A stretch of 64,000 nt of DNA from Endomicrobiales bacterium (GCA_963794945.1 CAWCFT010000006.1:64001-128000), one strand, 5' to 3'. Numbered from the stretch's first letter, positions 52,069 through 61,600 are shown. Made by a program: numbers and translations. The notes: generated by a model not told the origin, from the sequence alone.

Positions 52069-52129
52069 AGTTTCGCAAATTCGGCATAGCAATGTAATAA
52101 CTTAACTCCCAGTTTTGCTATCTTTATTC
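52069..52129 (-). promoter_or_regulatory. Tandem-box promoter (copy 9, weak -10)
   Basis: GAATAAAGATAG-N9-GAGTTAAGTTAT-N22-GAAACT. Confidence 0.5.
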
Positions 52130-52178
52130 GCACAGACATATTTTCATGATTTAAATATTGCAGGGAATTCGGAAGGAC

Positions 52179-52220
52179 AAAAAAACCGCACGCGGCCAAA
52201 AAGGCCGGACGCGGGGTTTT
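52179..52220. terminator. Hairpin terminator
   Basis: AAAAAAACCGC..CGGCC-loop-GGCCG..GCGGGGTTTT. Confidence 0.55.
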
Positions 52221-52275
52221 ACTTAAAATTTACTCCTCTTTCATCCCCTCTTTGAAAATAAAGAGGGGCGCATAA

Positions 52276-52884
52276 CTAATTGCCCATTCTTTTTTTGATC
52301 GCCTCAATAACTTCCTGGAACATCTGTATCTCTTCTTTAAGCCTTCCAGCGGCCTCTTCTGTCAGGCCCGGCTCGGTAAGTTTTTGCTGCTTTTCTGCAA
52401 GTGTGCCCTGCTGCTGCGCGAGGGCATTTGGCAGCATTTGAGCGGGCAAAATTTCTATGCTTTTCAGCATCGCGGCCTTCAATTCCGGTATGGTTTGCGG
52501 CGCGCCATGAACGGGGTGCTTTTCAGGTTTTTGTTCAGTTTTATTCGCGTTATTTTTGGCTTCTTTTTTCACTGTTGGCAAAGCTTTTTTCGCGGGTCTC
52601 CGCGGCTTTACAAACACACTTAATTGTTCGTTTTCTTTGCATTCCGATTCACATTTTATAGCCTTATATGTATCATCTATTTGTATCAACTTGTTCAGGC
52701 TTTTATTCAAAGACCTGAACACTTTCATCTGCTCATCTTTGTTCTGTCCTGATACACTTAATTTAACCCATATTTTTGGGTTAATTTTCAACTTTTCTAA
52801 AGCGTCATCCAACACTTTTTTGTGCGTCTGATTCACATTTTCAACAGCTGGATCGTACAACCTTTCAAAGCTAACTTCGTCCAT
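52276..52884 (-). CDS. Hypothetical protein
   Basis: RBS GGAGG; 202 aa; no recognised motif. Confidence 0.65.
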   Translation of the reverse strand: MDEVSFERLYDPAVENVNQTHKKVLDDALEKLKINPKIWVKLSVSGQNKDEQMKVFRSLNKSLNKLIQIDDTYKAIKCESECKENEQLSVFVKPRRPAKKALPTVKKEAKNNANKTEQKPEKHPVHGAPQTIPELKAAMLKSIEILPAQMLPNALAQQQGTLAEKQQKLTEPGLTEEAAGRLKEEIQMFQEVIEAIKKRMGN

Positions 52885-53619
52885 TTTTATCCTCCCTTTA
52901 TAATGGAATTTTTACGGCCCTTTTTTAGCCTATTTTTAGACTTTTTTACGTCTTTTCGCGCGGTTATTTATCAGTTTTTATCTAAATATTTGTGTGATTT
53001 TATTTCAACTATTTTTTAGCATTATATTTACACTATTTTAGGGGTTTTTGTAGCTTTTCACGTGATTTTTATGCAGTTTTTTTGTTGAATTTTATTAAGA
53101 GGCTATATTGATTGATTATACATGTAATAATGCGTTTTATAATACCCGTATATTAGGCCATAATGCGGGCACAATCAGGCCCATTTTAGGCACGCCTGAC
53201 GCGGGCAGGAGTTTATGCGGAAAAACCGTGGCTTTAGCCCTGGTTTAGGCATGGAAATCATGTAAAATAGTTGGCGTTTTAGGCCGCTGGATAGCGGCTT
53301 TGAGCCGGGCTGGGTAACGTGTGCTAGTCTTGCCATTTATAGGCCTTGAATTGCTTAGATCATACTAGGTTGGGCACTACATGAAACCAGCCAGCTAAAT
53401 ACTGCCATTCTGAGCGGCCTGGAACATGTATCCAGTGGCTTACAAATATGGTTGGGCACTACACCCATTTATTCAGCCAAAATCGTGTATCCCTGAGTGT
53501 CGCAGATCCGCCGGTCATTTGGCGGGCCGAAATCAGGAATCCAGGGCCTCAGGTTAGGCCTATGATTGACCAGTGAATTATGCCAAGGAACGGCGTTTGT
53601 TAACCGGAATCCAGCCTTA

Positions 53620-53706
53620 TTGTCATCTCGAATCCCGCAAAGCGGGATGAGAGATCTTGTTTTTAATAGGAGATTTCTCTCCCACCCAGCGGGATCGAAA
53701 TGACAA
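53620..53706. repeat. TGTCAT...ATGACA REP-like palindromic element, copy A
   Basis: Terminal IR TTGTCAT..CGA / TCGAAATGACAA with internal hairpins; shares AGATTTCTCTCCC..GCGGGATCGAAATGACAA with copy B. Confidence 0.75.
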
Positions 53707-53827
53707 CCATAAAGGATATTAATGCACCCCCGGGATCCGATACATGGGGTTGACCGGATGGGAGAGGGGGCGCAATGATAGCCTCTTGTTCATGCCTGTT
53801 TTCCTAATCTTTGCACACGCATATAAT

Positions 53828-54985
53828 TCAATATCCATTAGAATAAAAAAGATGGACATGCCCACACTTTGAGCAAGCAGATACTGCAATTTTAGCAATA
53901 CCTGCAGGACGTAACCCAAAATTATGTGTTGGAGCAGCATCCCCATTAGATACCATTTCATATTTCCCAAGTCCACACACATGACATATCTTTTGTGCTT
54001 TATTATCAAGCACGTCGGCATTCAAATTAACCGCTTGAATAATAGTATCTAAAAGTTTCAAAAGTTCCTCTGTACTTTCTAGACATTTGTTTTTTTCTTC
54101 TACGATACATTTTTCAAATATTTTTTTTGCCCATTGAATTTCAGGTAAATTAGGAAACATCCTTTCAATATTATAGTCATCTTTATCGTAATACCATAAA
54201 TTAAGATATGAACGTCCTGAAAGCATACTCCATAGGATTTTTCCTAAGCCATAAATATCTATGCTTTTATCAATGTCTTCAATTCTCTTTCCCATTGCCC
54301 ATTGAGGCATCCATTGCCAAGAGCCAACGTTTTCCATAGTGTCCGTAATTCGTGTTTTTGTGTCATCCATAAAAAACACAATGCCCATATCGGCTATTAT
54401 TGGTTTTTCATCATCATCTATAAAAATGTTTTCCGGTTTCAGATCCCTATGAACTATTCCCTGGTTATGGATTGCCTGAACACCTTCAACAATTTGACGA
54501 AATATATTCAATGAATGACGCAGGTTGCCTTTATATGCTGCAAGATTATTGCCCAAATGTCTTTTCTTGTAATATTTACTGACCCACCATCCTTCATCCT
54601 TGTTATGGTCGACAATTTTGAAAACATTCTTATGGTCAATTAATTCGTACGATTTTATTTCTTTATCAAAGCGTTCTTTTGCCTTTTGTGATGACTTATA
54701 ATTACTTTTATAAATTTTGATTACGTATTTGTTTGTTGGGTTAATATAGCCGTTTAAACTTTTAAAATTGTCATAAAGATTATTATATTTATCTGTTAGA
54801 CTAGAATGAATATTCCCGGCAGCCATCTGAACACTATACAAGTTAAGGGCCATTTGACTAAGCAATTTCTGCACTTCTTTACTGCTATCTTCTATCGCCA
54901 AATAGACATCACCCTGTCCCCCAATTCCTAGCACATCCCCAATTTTTTGCCATTTTCCATATTTCTCATTCATGGTAACTCCCAA
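53828..54985 (-). CDS. Hanks-type Ser/Thr protein kinase with C-terminal zinc ribbon
   Basis: GIGGQG, VIK, HRDLKPEN, DMG, DIYGLG; CHVC..CSKC; visibly AT-rich. Confidence 0.9.
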   Translation of the reverse strand: MGVTMNEKYGKWQKIGDVLGIGGQGDVYLAIEDSSKEVQKLLSQMALNLYSVQMAAGNIHSSLTDKYNNLYDNFKSLNGYINPTNKYVIKIYKSNYKSSQKAKERFDKEIKSYELIDHKNVFKIVDHNKDEGWWVSKYYKKRHLGNNLAAYKGNLRHSLNIFRQIVEGVQAIHNQGIVHRDLKPENIFIDDDEKPIIADMGIVFFMDDTKTRITDTMENVGSWQWMPQWAMGKRIEDIDKSIDIYGLGKILWSMLSGRSYLNLWYYDKDDYNIERMFPNLPEIQWAKKIFEKCIVEEKNKCLESTEELLKLLDTIIQAVNLNADVLDNKAQKICHVCGLGKYEMVSNGDAAPTHNFGLRPAGIAKIAVSACSKCGHVHLFYSNGY

Positions 54986-55210
54986 CTGAATATTTTTATC
55001 GAATAAATATATATCTTTTGACTCAAGCCTATTTCGTCGGCAAACTAATTATCCTGCGTAAAATGAAAAAACCACACCAAAAAAAGGCGTGGTTTTGTCA
55101 ATATTTGATCTAAAATTGTTTTGACCCCAAGGCTGTAAGACATTATTTCCCCTAAAATAACGATTACGCGGATCATGAAGGCAGGTATCGCAAATACACC
55201 AACAATTGCA

Positions 55211-55239
55211 ATACTACCTCTTTAAGGCGGTGTTGTCAA
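55211..55239 (-). promoter_or_regulatory. Sigma70 promoter, duplicated at 58297-58325
   Basis: TTGACA-acaccgccttaaagagg-TAGTAT. Confidence 0.65.
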
Positions 55240-55253
55240 GAAACTGAAAACCG

Positions 55254-56696
55254 CTAGAAAAACAGAAGAAAGATCGGCAATGGGACGAACAGAAGATTGT
55301 CTTTTGTGCCAACGTCGTTAAAAGTTTTTGTAACGACTATGCCGGTTTTTTGTTCGTACTTTTTCATAAAAGCTTTTATCAAGGCAACGTCCGACGCGTC
55401 TTCGCGGTATTTAACTTCAACGGGTATCAGGCGGTTCCTTCCGAGGTTAACGATGAAGTCGATCTCGCCTTTTCCTTCTTTGCAATAGCTGAGCTCCAGC
55501 GCGCCCATAAAATTGCTCAACGCGTTAAATACGAGGTTTTCGGCATAATAACCAAGCATACGGCTGTCTTCGAGTATCTTATCGCCCAGTTTCAGGATGG
55601 CATTGCGAAGAGCGAGGTCTACAAGGTAGCATTTTACGCTGCCTCTTCTAAACTTGAAAGCCCGCTTGCTGAACCGTGGGATGCTTTTAACAAGGTCCGT
55701 CATCTCCAGCAGGGGCAGGTACTTATCCAGCATAATACGGCTGACCCCTATTTTACCCGATGTGTTCTCGAGATTAATTTCCTGTCCCGGCTGCTCTATA
55801 AGCGACAGATAGAACCTTTTGAGGTTTTCAGGTTTACGAAATTCGGTCGCGATAACAAGATCTTCAAAAATTACTTTTTGGATCTGATTGTCATATAAAT
55901 ACTGCTGTTTCTGAACGATATCCTTGAAGTCCCAGGTTTCAGGGAAACCGCCCTCCACGAAATATCTATTGAGCAAGTTGTTCAGGTCGGTAAATATTTG
56001 TTCAGTAAAATTCAGCGGGCTTCTGGCGGTTTCCAGCGCCTGCCAGTCTATTACCATGTCATGCTGAAGGTTTTTACCGAATTCATTGGCCCTGTTGACA
56101 AAATCCAGCAAACTGACATTATCTTTTGAGAAAAAGTATACAAATTCCCTGAACGAGAAAGGCTTGAGATGATATTCTTTAATTCTACCCATAAGGCTTT
56201 CCCTGCTCTTTTTGAATATGGGAGATGACGCCGAACCGGAGATGACGAATTTGAAAGGGAAAGTTGAAAGGTCGTAATATTTCTTCAGGTACAATTCCCA
56301 TTTTTCAAGGCGCTGGATTTCATCAAGAAAAAAATATATCGTTTTGCCGCTATGAACAGTATCAGCCCATTTCATCAGATCATCAAAAAAATGCTCGATC
56401 CCGTGCTTAGTGAAAAGAAGCGGATCATCAAAAGAGAAATATATGATTTGCCCGGCCTCTGATTGATGGTCATCGATTAGGGCTTTTATCATCTGTTTTA
56501 ATATGGTCGTTTTCCCAATGCGCCGGGGGCCTGTAATTGAGATGATCTGTTTTACCTGCAGGAGATTCGAATATATATCATTATATATCGGCCTTTTAAA
56601 AGCTTGTGTTTCAAAATTAGCATTGACCCACCATGGATTATAGGGCTGTAATATGTCTTTAATATCGATTGGATATAAGCCATCCATGTTTTTCAT
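55254..56696 (-). CDS. AAA_14 ATPase with DUF4143 C-terminus
   Basis: GPRRIGKTT, FFLDEIQ, SGSAS, GGFPE, KCYLVD, EN.V, EIDFIV..PVEVKY. Confidence 0.92.
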   Translation of the reverse strand: MKNMDGLYPIDIKDILQPYNPWWVNANFETQAFKRPIYNDIYSNLLQVKQIISITGPRRIGKTTILKQMIKALIDDHQSEAGQIIYFSFDDPLLFTKHGIEHFFDDLMKWADTVHSGKTIYFFLDEIQRLEKWELYLKKYYDLSTFPFKFVISGSASSPIFKKSRESLMGRIKEYHLKPFSFREFVYFFSKDNVSLLDFVNRANEFGKNLQHDMVIDWQALETARSPLNFTEQIFTDLNNLLNRYFVEGGFPETWDFKDIVQKQQYLYDNQIQKVIFEDLVIATEFRKPENLKRFYLSLIEQPGQEINLENTSGKIGVSRIMLDKYLPLLEMTDLVKSIPRFSKRAFKFRRGSVKCYLVDLALRNAILKLGDKILEDSRMLGYYAENLVFNALSNFMGALELSYCKEGKGEIDFIVNLGRNRLIPVEVKYREDASDVALIKAFMKKYEQKTGIVVTKTFNDVGTKDNLLFVPLPIFLLFF

Positions 56697-56733
56697 TAAA
56701 TCTCCCTTGACATTAATTAATTTATGTATGCTA

Positions 56734-56791
56734 TATTATACATAATAAAATTTAAATGTCAAGACTTGTGTATATTGTATTATACATAATA
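56734..56791 (-). promoter_or_regulatory. Promoter with two TATTAT-AC-ATAATA palindromic sites
   Basis: TTGACA-N16-TATAAT on minus; identical 14-mers at 56734-56747 and 56778-56791. Confidence 0.55.
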
Positions 56792-56954
56792 TATATTATT
56801 GATATAATTATTCATAAATCAATCATTTTATAAATGATGTATTCTGGATAATTGTATTTGGTTACCATTTTTGGCCATTTAAAAAACATCAGGGTGGGAA
56901 AAACCGGCAAAGCCGGTTACTCAAGGCCTGCCCGCTTTCGCGCTATTTTTAATC

Positions 56955-57614
56955 TTACTTCATGGGATAGCCGACGGTTTGGGCGGCGATTATTTTCTGG
57001 CTGTCTTTGAGGTTCATTGCTTTGGCGAGAACTTCTTTATTGACGCTTCCCCTGACAACGGTGGCAAGGCCTTGTGAAGCGCAATAGAGGTAGATGTTCT
57101 GGCTTACATAGCCCGCGTCCATCGCGGTGTAAACGGTGCGGCCCTCATCGTTACCCTTGGCCATTTTTGACCAATCAGCAACGAGGATAAGGTTAACAGG
57201 GGCGGTTTTTACGAACGGCTGGTTTCCGGTAAGCTCTCTGATATCCTTTGGCGAGATAAGCTCCAATGAATTCTTTGGAGCGTTATAAAGATAGAGCCCG
57301 TCCGCCTTTGAAACATACACATCTATTTCCTGGCAGTTCATCGCGGTAGGCGCGGTGCGCTTGCCGGAGCTGGGCCTGTTTACACCGTCCGCCGCCCAGA
57401 GCAGGTTTGAAAGTTCCTGCATACTCAGAGCTTTTGTTGTATCATATTCCCTTAATGTCTGCCTGAGTTTAAGCGCCTTCATTAACGGCTTGCCTATCTC
57501 CATCTGCGGCTGAGGAAGCTGTATCTGTTTTGCCGAACTATCCGCCGCCCAAACAGCAGGGTTAACACCCAACACAAACATAACCAGCACTAACAACAGA
57601 TTTAATATCTTCAT
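56955..57614 (-). CDS. Exported nitroreductase (SagB/ThcOx-like)
   Basis: Signal peptide; LSNLLWAA, KRTAPTA, DAGYVSQNIYL, QTVGYP. Confidence 0.9.
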   Translation of the reverse strand: MKILNLLLVLVMFVLGVNPAVWAADSSAKQIQLPQPQMEIGKPLMKALKLRQTLREYDTTKALSMQELSNLLWAADGVNRPSSGKRTAPTAMNCQEIDVYVSKADGLYLYNAPKNSLELISPKDIRELTGNQPFVKTAPVNLILVADWSKMAKGNDEGRTVYTAMDAGYVSQNIYLYCASQGLATVVRGSVNKEVLAKAMNLKDSQKIIAAQTVGYPMK

Positions 57615-57663
57615 AAACAGCCTCCTTGAACCTAACCTTACCGGCAACAGTTTTACGACCTTG

Positions 57664-57780
57664 TTGTCATCCCGAATTCCGTTCTTGGGTGCCTGCCCGC
57701 CTAGGTACAGTGGCGGGAGGGATCTTTTCTATAACAAGAAGCAAGATTTCTCTCCCGCCGTGGCGGGATCGAAATGACAA
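57664..57780. repeat. TGTCAT...ATGACA REP-like element, copy B
   Basis: TTGTCATCCCGA ... AGATTTCTCTCCCGCCGTGGCGGGATCGAAATGACAA. Confidence 0.75.
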
Positions 57781-57810
57781 AGATAGCAGGTTTTCAATTA
57801 ACTCAAAATA

Positions 57811-58236
57811 TTAATTTTCACTTTTTTTATTTCCGTATATTTTCATATATTCTTCATAGGGGACCAGTTGTTTTTCAGTAGAGGAATAAGACAGATGGAA
57901 CGCTCCGTTCTTTATGGGCAATATTTTCACATCGCCTTCATCGCCCGCAAATGAATACCACGCCGTGCCTATAATATCTTTTTCGGGATTTATAGACGCG
58001 CTGGACATAATATTTGCCGCCAATACTTGTTCGGCCTTGTAAGGCGACGGTTTTATGTTGTAAAACGTTATGTCTATTGTGGCCGGGCTTTTATCATTCA
58101 CCGGGTCAGTATACGAAACTATATATCTAACTCCGCTCAATTTAATGTTAACGGAATCAGCGCCGAGAACAGCAGTTGCTACTGCCATGAGCATCGCCAT
58201 AGCGAATAAAATTAATTTTTTCGTATTAACCTCCAA
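57811..58236 (-). CDS. Hypothetical exported protein (start uncertain; ACG at 58224 follows GGAGG)
   Basis: Signal peptide KKLILFAMAMLMAVATAVLG. Confidence 0.65.
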   Translation of the reverse strand: MEVNTKKLILFAMAMLMAVATAVLGADSVNIKLSGVRYIVSYTDPVNDKSPATIDITFYNIKPSPYKAEQVLAANIMSSASINPEKDIIGTAWYSFAGDEGDVKILPIKNGAFHLSYSSTEKQLVPYEEYMKIYGNKKSEN

Positions 58237-58296
58237 TATTACCGGAATTATTTGCGCGGATATTAAGGCAGATCACCGATATACGGCTGTAATTTT

Positions 58297-58325
58297 ATCC
58301 TACCTCTTTAGAGCGGTGTTGTCAA
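58297..58325 (-). promoter_or_regulatory. Sigma70 promoter, second copy
   Basis: TTGACA-acaccgctctaaagagg-TAGGAT. Confidence 0.65.
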
Positions 58326-58355
58326 GAAACAGAGAATTCCGGTTTTGCCCTGTTT

Positions 58356-58433
58356 TGTAGCCGCGAAGCTTGCTTCGCCTGTTTGGCTTTACGGTTTTAC
58401 TGTAACACCAGCAGAGCAAGCCCTGCCGCTACA
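58356..58433. repeat. Inverted pair of GTAG-type REP sequences (REPIN-like)
   Basis: TGTAGCCGCGAAGCTTGCTTCGC ... GCAGAGCAAGCCCTGCCGCTACA. Confidence 0.7.
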
Positions 58434-58525
58434 ACAGCATTTATGCCTATTGCAAAAATTGGGCTTATGAAACTATTATTGCAATGGCTCTGTTCGTTTC
58501 AAGCTGTTGTTTTTCTGCTGCTAAT

Positions 58526-58582
58526 AAAAAAGGGTGCCCCATCCAAAGGAGTCCGGGTAGGATCATGGATGGGGCTTTTTTC
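58526..58582. terminator. Hairpin terminator downstream of giant gene
   Basis: GCCCCATCCA / TGGATGGGGC stem flanked by A and T runs. Confidence 0.6.
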
Positions 58583-58612
58583 TTAACACAAAACTATGAA
58601 CTCCGCCGGGCG

Positions 58613-61600
58613 CTACGCGGCGGTTAATATTTCATCCATTGACCTGACATTGAATATTTTTTCGTTCCTATTCATCTTATGCAGTTCTTTCGGCTCTCCC
58701 AGCCTCGGTATCAGGTCTATTATCGTGTTCACGGCCTGCGGGGCTTTTGCCGCGCACAATTCTTTGACCTTGATATTTAGCCTGCCGTAAAACACCGCCG
58801 CGTTGACATCATTTTGTTCTATGAACTGCTCCGGAGTGATGAGCGTGCCTTTGCCTTCCATGCCTTCCATCTTCTGCTGCATAAGCTTGCGGCCAAGAAC
58901 AACTTCAAGCTCGCGGTCGGCAAGGCCGTTAACTTTACCTGCGGCGTTAAGTTTCGCCTTCGCAAGCATTTTGCCGGCTATGGCCGTAAGGAACGACCTT
59001 TTCAGCGCATCCAGCTTTGGCTCGTTCTCCGTGCCTTTAACTTCCGAGCTTAATTTTTCTAGATAAGTGTTAACCGGATGCGGAGCGCCCTCTATACCCA
59101 TTGCCGACACTATCTGGACAACCGTGCCGCCTTTAATCGCGCTTACCAGGGTGTCGGTATCAGCGAGAGAGTTGGGCAACTTATCCCTGTCCCACGCGTA
59201 TCCCACTTCACTGACGTACTCGTTCGAAACCGCGCCGGGGTTATAAAGGCTTAAGATAGTCGTTTTAAGTATTTCGGTGAGCGCCACCCTGTCGATTATC
59301 GACCTTTCGCCGCCTTTCAACAGGCCTTTGAGGTCGCTGAGGTTCAGTATCTTGCAGGCCAGCGCGGGAACCTATGAGCCTGCTCTTGAGCATCTCGGCG
59401 CTTTCGTAACCGCGGATGGTTTCGGCCCCGACACCCGCGCCGCCGGATGCGAAGTCGTACATCTTTGTTTCGCCGCCGAGAGTCTCCACATAGCCTGCGA
59501 AGCCCAGTTCTCTGTAATGATCCTTTAGCGAATCGCCGCTGCTTAAGTCTACGCAGATCCTTACCCCGCTTTTCCTTGCAAGCTCGGCGATGGAGCTTAT
59601 TTTGCTGTCCTCAAGGCCAGCGAACACCGCCGGATCCACTATCATCTGGCTGTTGCCGGCTTTGTTAAAGACTTCGAGGTTGGACATGAATTCTTTGATG
59701 TTCGCGAGCCCGTCCAAGTCTATATAGATATTTTGAGGCATCGCGGCGCTTTCGGCGTTCCTGATGGTGATAAGTTCGCCTAGTTTCGCCGAAACGGCGG
59801 CTTCGTTCGTCACCCCGCCGTCATCGGCGAAGAGGTCGGCGGTAACCACCATGCTGCCCAGCCCGTTATAAGATATTTTTCTGCCGCTCTGCGTGTGGTC
59901 AACTATTATCCCGGGCCTTAACCCGCCCGCGTCGACATCCACGTTTACCATGCGGAGGAACTCAGAGAACCTGCCGCTAAATTTTCTGGACGCGGATATT
60001 TTCCCCCTGTTCAAAAGCATCCCGGACATTGTTTCCGCCAGGTTATCGTTATCACGGCCTTCCGCGAACACTACCAGCGCCCCGGCCGCGGTGCTTGCCC
60101 AAACCTGTTTCCCGTCCACCATCATGCCTGTGCTGCGCAGGCCCCAGCTGTCGGGGTCAGCAGGCATCTGGCCCATAAGGTAGATATTAGTGTGGACCTC
60201 GCCGTTCGCGTCGGTTTTCGCGGCACCGAATTGCCTTACGGCCCGTTCAAGCCCCGAAGGACTGACATAGTGCCAGTCGACCAGCGCCCGCGCAACGGCG
60301 CTTTTGCGGGCAGGTAACGGGTTAAGCATACGCGATATAACGTTGCGGGCCCATTCAACTATATTGTTTAGCCCGTCTTTCAAACGAGCAACGGCGCCGA
60401 TACCGGCATTTCTTTTATTCACATTTGGCGTTTGAACTTTTATTGCTGTGTTGTCGATAAGTTTCGGCGCGGTTTCGGGCGAGAGTTTCATGCCTGCTTT
60501 GGCATTATTAGTTTCTGCCGCCAGCGCTGCCGGCTCATTTATGCCCTGGATATAATTTAACGCTTCCTCAGGGCTACTAACTATATGCATCAGGTCAAAA
60601 TCGCCGGCGGAAACCAGCTTCGGGTCGTGCTCTCTTAACAATTGATTTTCTACAACGCTTATTATCGGCTGCCAGAAGTTTTTACCAATTAAAACAATGG
60701 GCTTTTTTGGCATCTTGCCTGTCTGCATGCTTGTAAGCATCGCGAACAGCCTGGCGACCGCGCCGATATCACCCGGGCTCGGAAGAAATACATAGGCCTT
60801 CGCATTCGTGTGCATGTAGAACAAATGATTAGTGATGCTTTTTGTTACGACAATATTATTATCGTAAATGACCGTGTTTTCCGCCGCACCTCTATATGAG
60901 CCTGAATACACTGCCGCAAAGAGCTGTTTACTGTACTTAGCCATAAATTCCTCATCGCCGTAAACTGTATCCAGCGCCTCGCCAGGAGAACAAATGCGTA
61001 TGTTATCACCGCTGTTAGCTAAATTCGAAACCAGCTTTTTATAAAAGCCTGACTCTATGGAATTCTTTAACGGGCGCCCTGCTATAACGACAGCTTCCGG
61101 CTCGGATTTTATCTTTTTCATTACTGACACCAGTTCTTCGCTGTCCCTCCTAACGTCAGGCTCAGTGATCCTGTAATAATTATTCTTTTTGGCCCTGTCA
61201 GACAACGAAATACGCTTAACCGCCGTTTCAGGATTGTCCGTGACCTTTCGCGACATATTTGTTCCCACTTCGGTGTCAATAACATCCAATATAGGCTTCC
61301 AGAACTCTTTGTTTACCATTATTACGGGTATACCCTGTTCTTCAGTTTCCAGAACCTCTTCCATTGTGCCGAAGCCTCCCGGAAGTGCTATGTCCCCTAA
61401 AAGGTTAGAGTATAGGCCAAGTTTTCTCGTAGGAAAATATTTGGCGTCGTAATGCTCCTCACACTCTATCGCCGATTTCTGTTCGAACGGCAGGATAATA
61501 TTTACACCCTGTGTTTTCATAGTTTTCCTGTCAGGGTTAGTGATCTTGTACTTTGCCCGCATCTGAAGGTACCCTTCCGGCGCCGAAGACATCAGCGAAT

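Noticed and set aside
53368..53463. CRISPR mini-array
   Set aside because: Only two 14-bp copies with a 68-bp gap and no cas genes.
53720..53776. Structured ncRNA downstream of the kinase
   Set aside because: Only an imperfect hairpin; no recognisable family and cannot be tested here.
52200..58600. Integron cassette array
   Set aside because: No integrase and no convincing RYYYAAC/GTTRRRY attC pairs; genes have their own promoters.
6998..59363. Programmed frameshifting or wholesale pseudogenisation
   Set aside because: Breaks lack consistent slippery-site or stem-loop context, I noticed no in-frame nonsense decay, and they sit at homopolymers or GCNGC; sequencing error is more parsimonious, though not proven.
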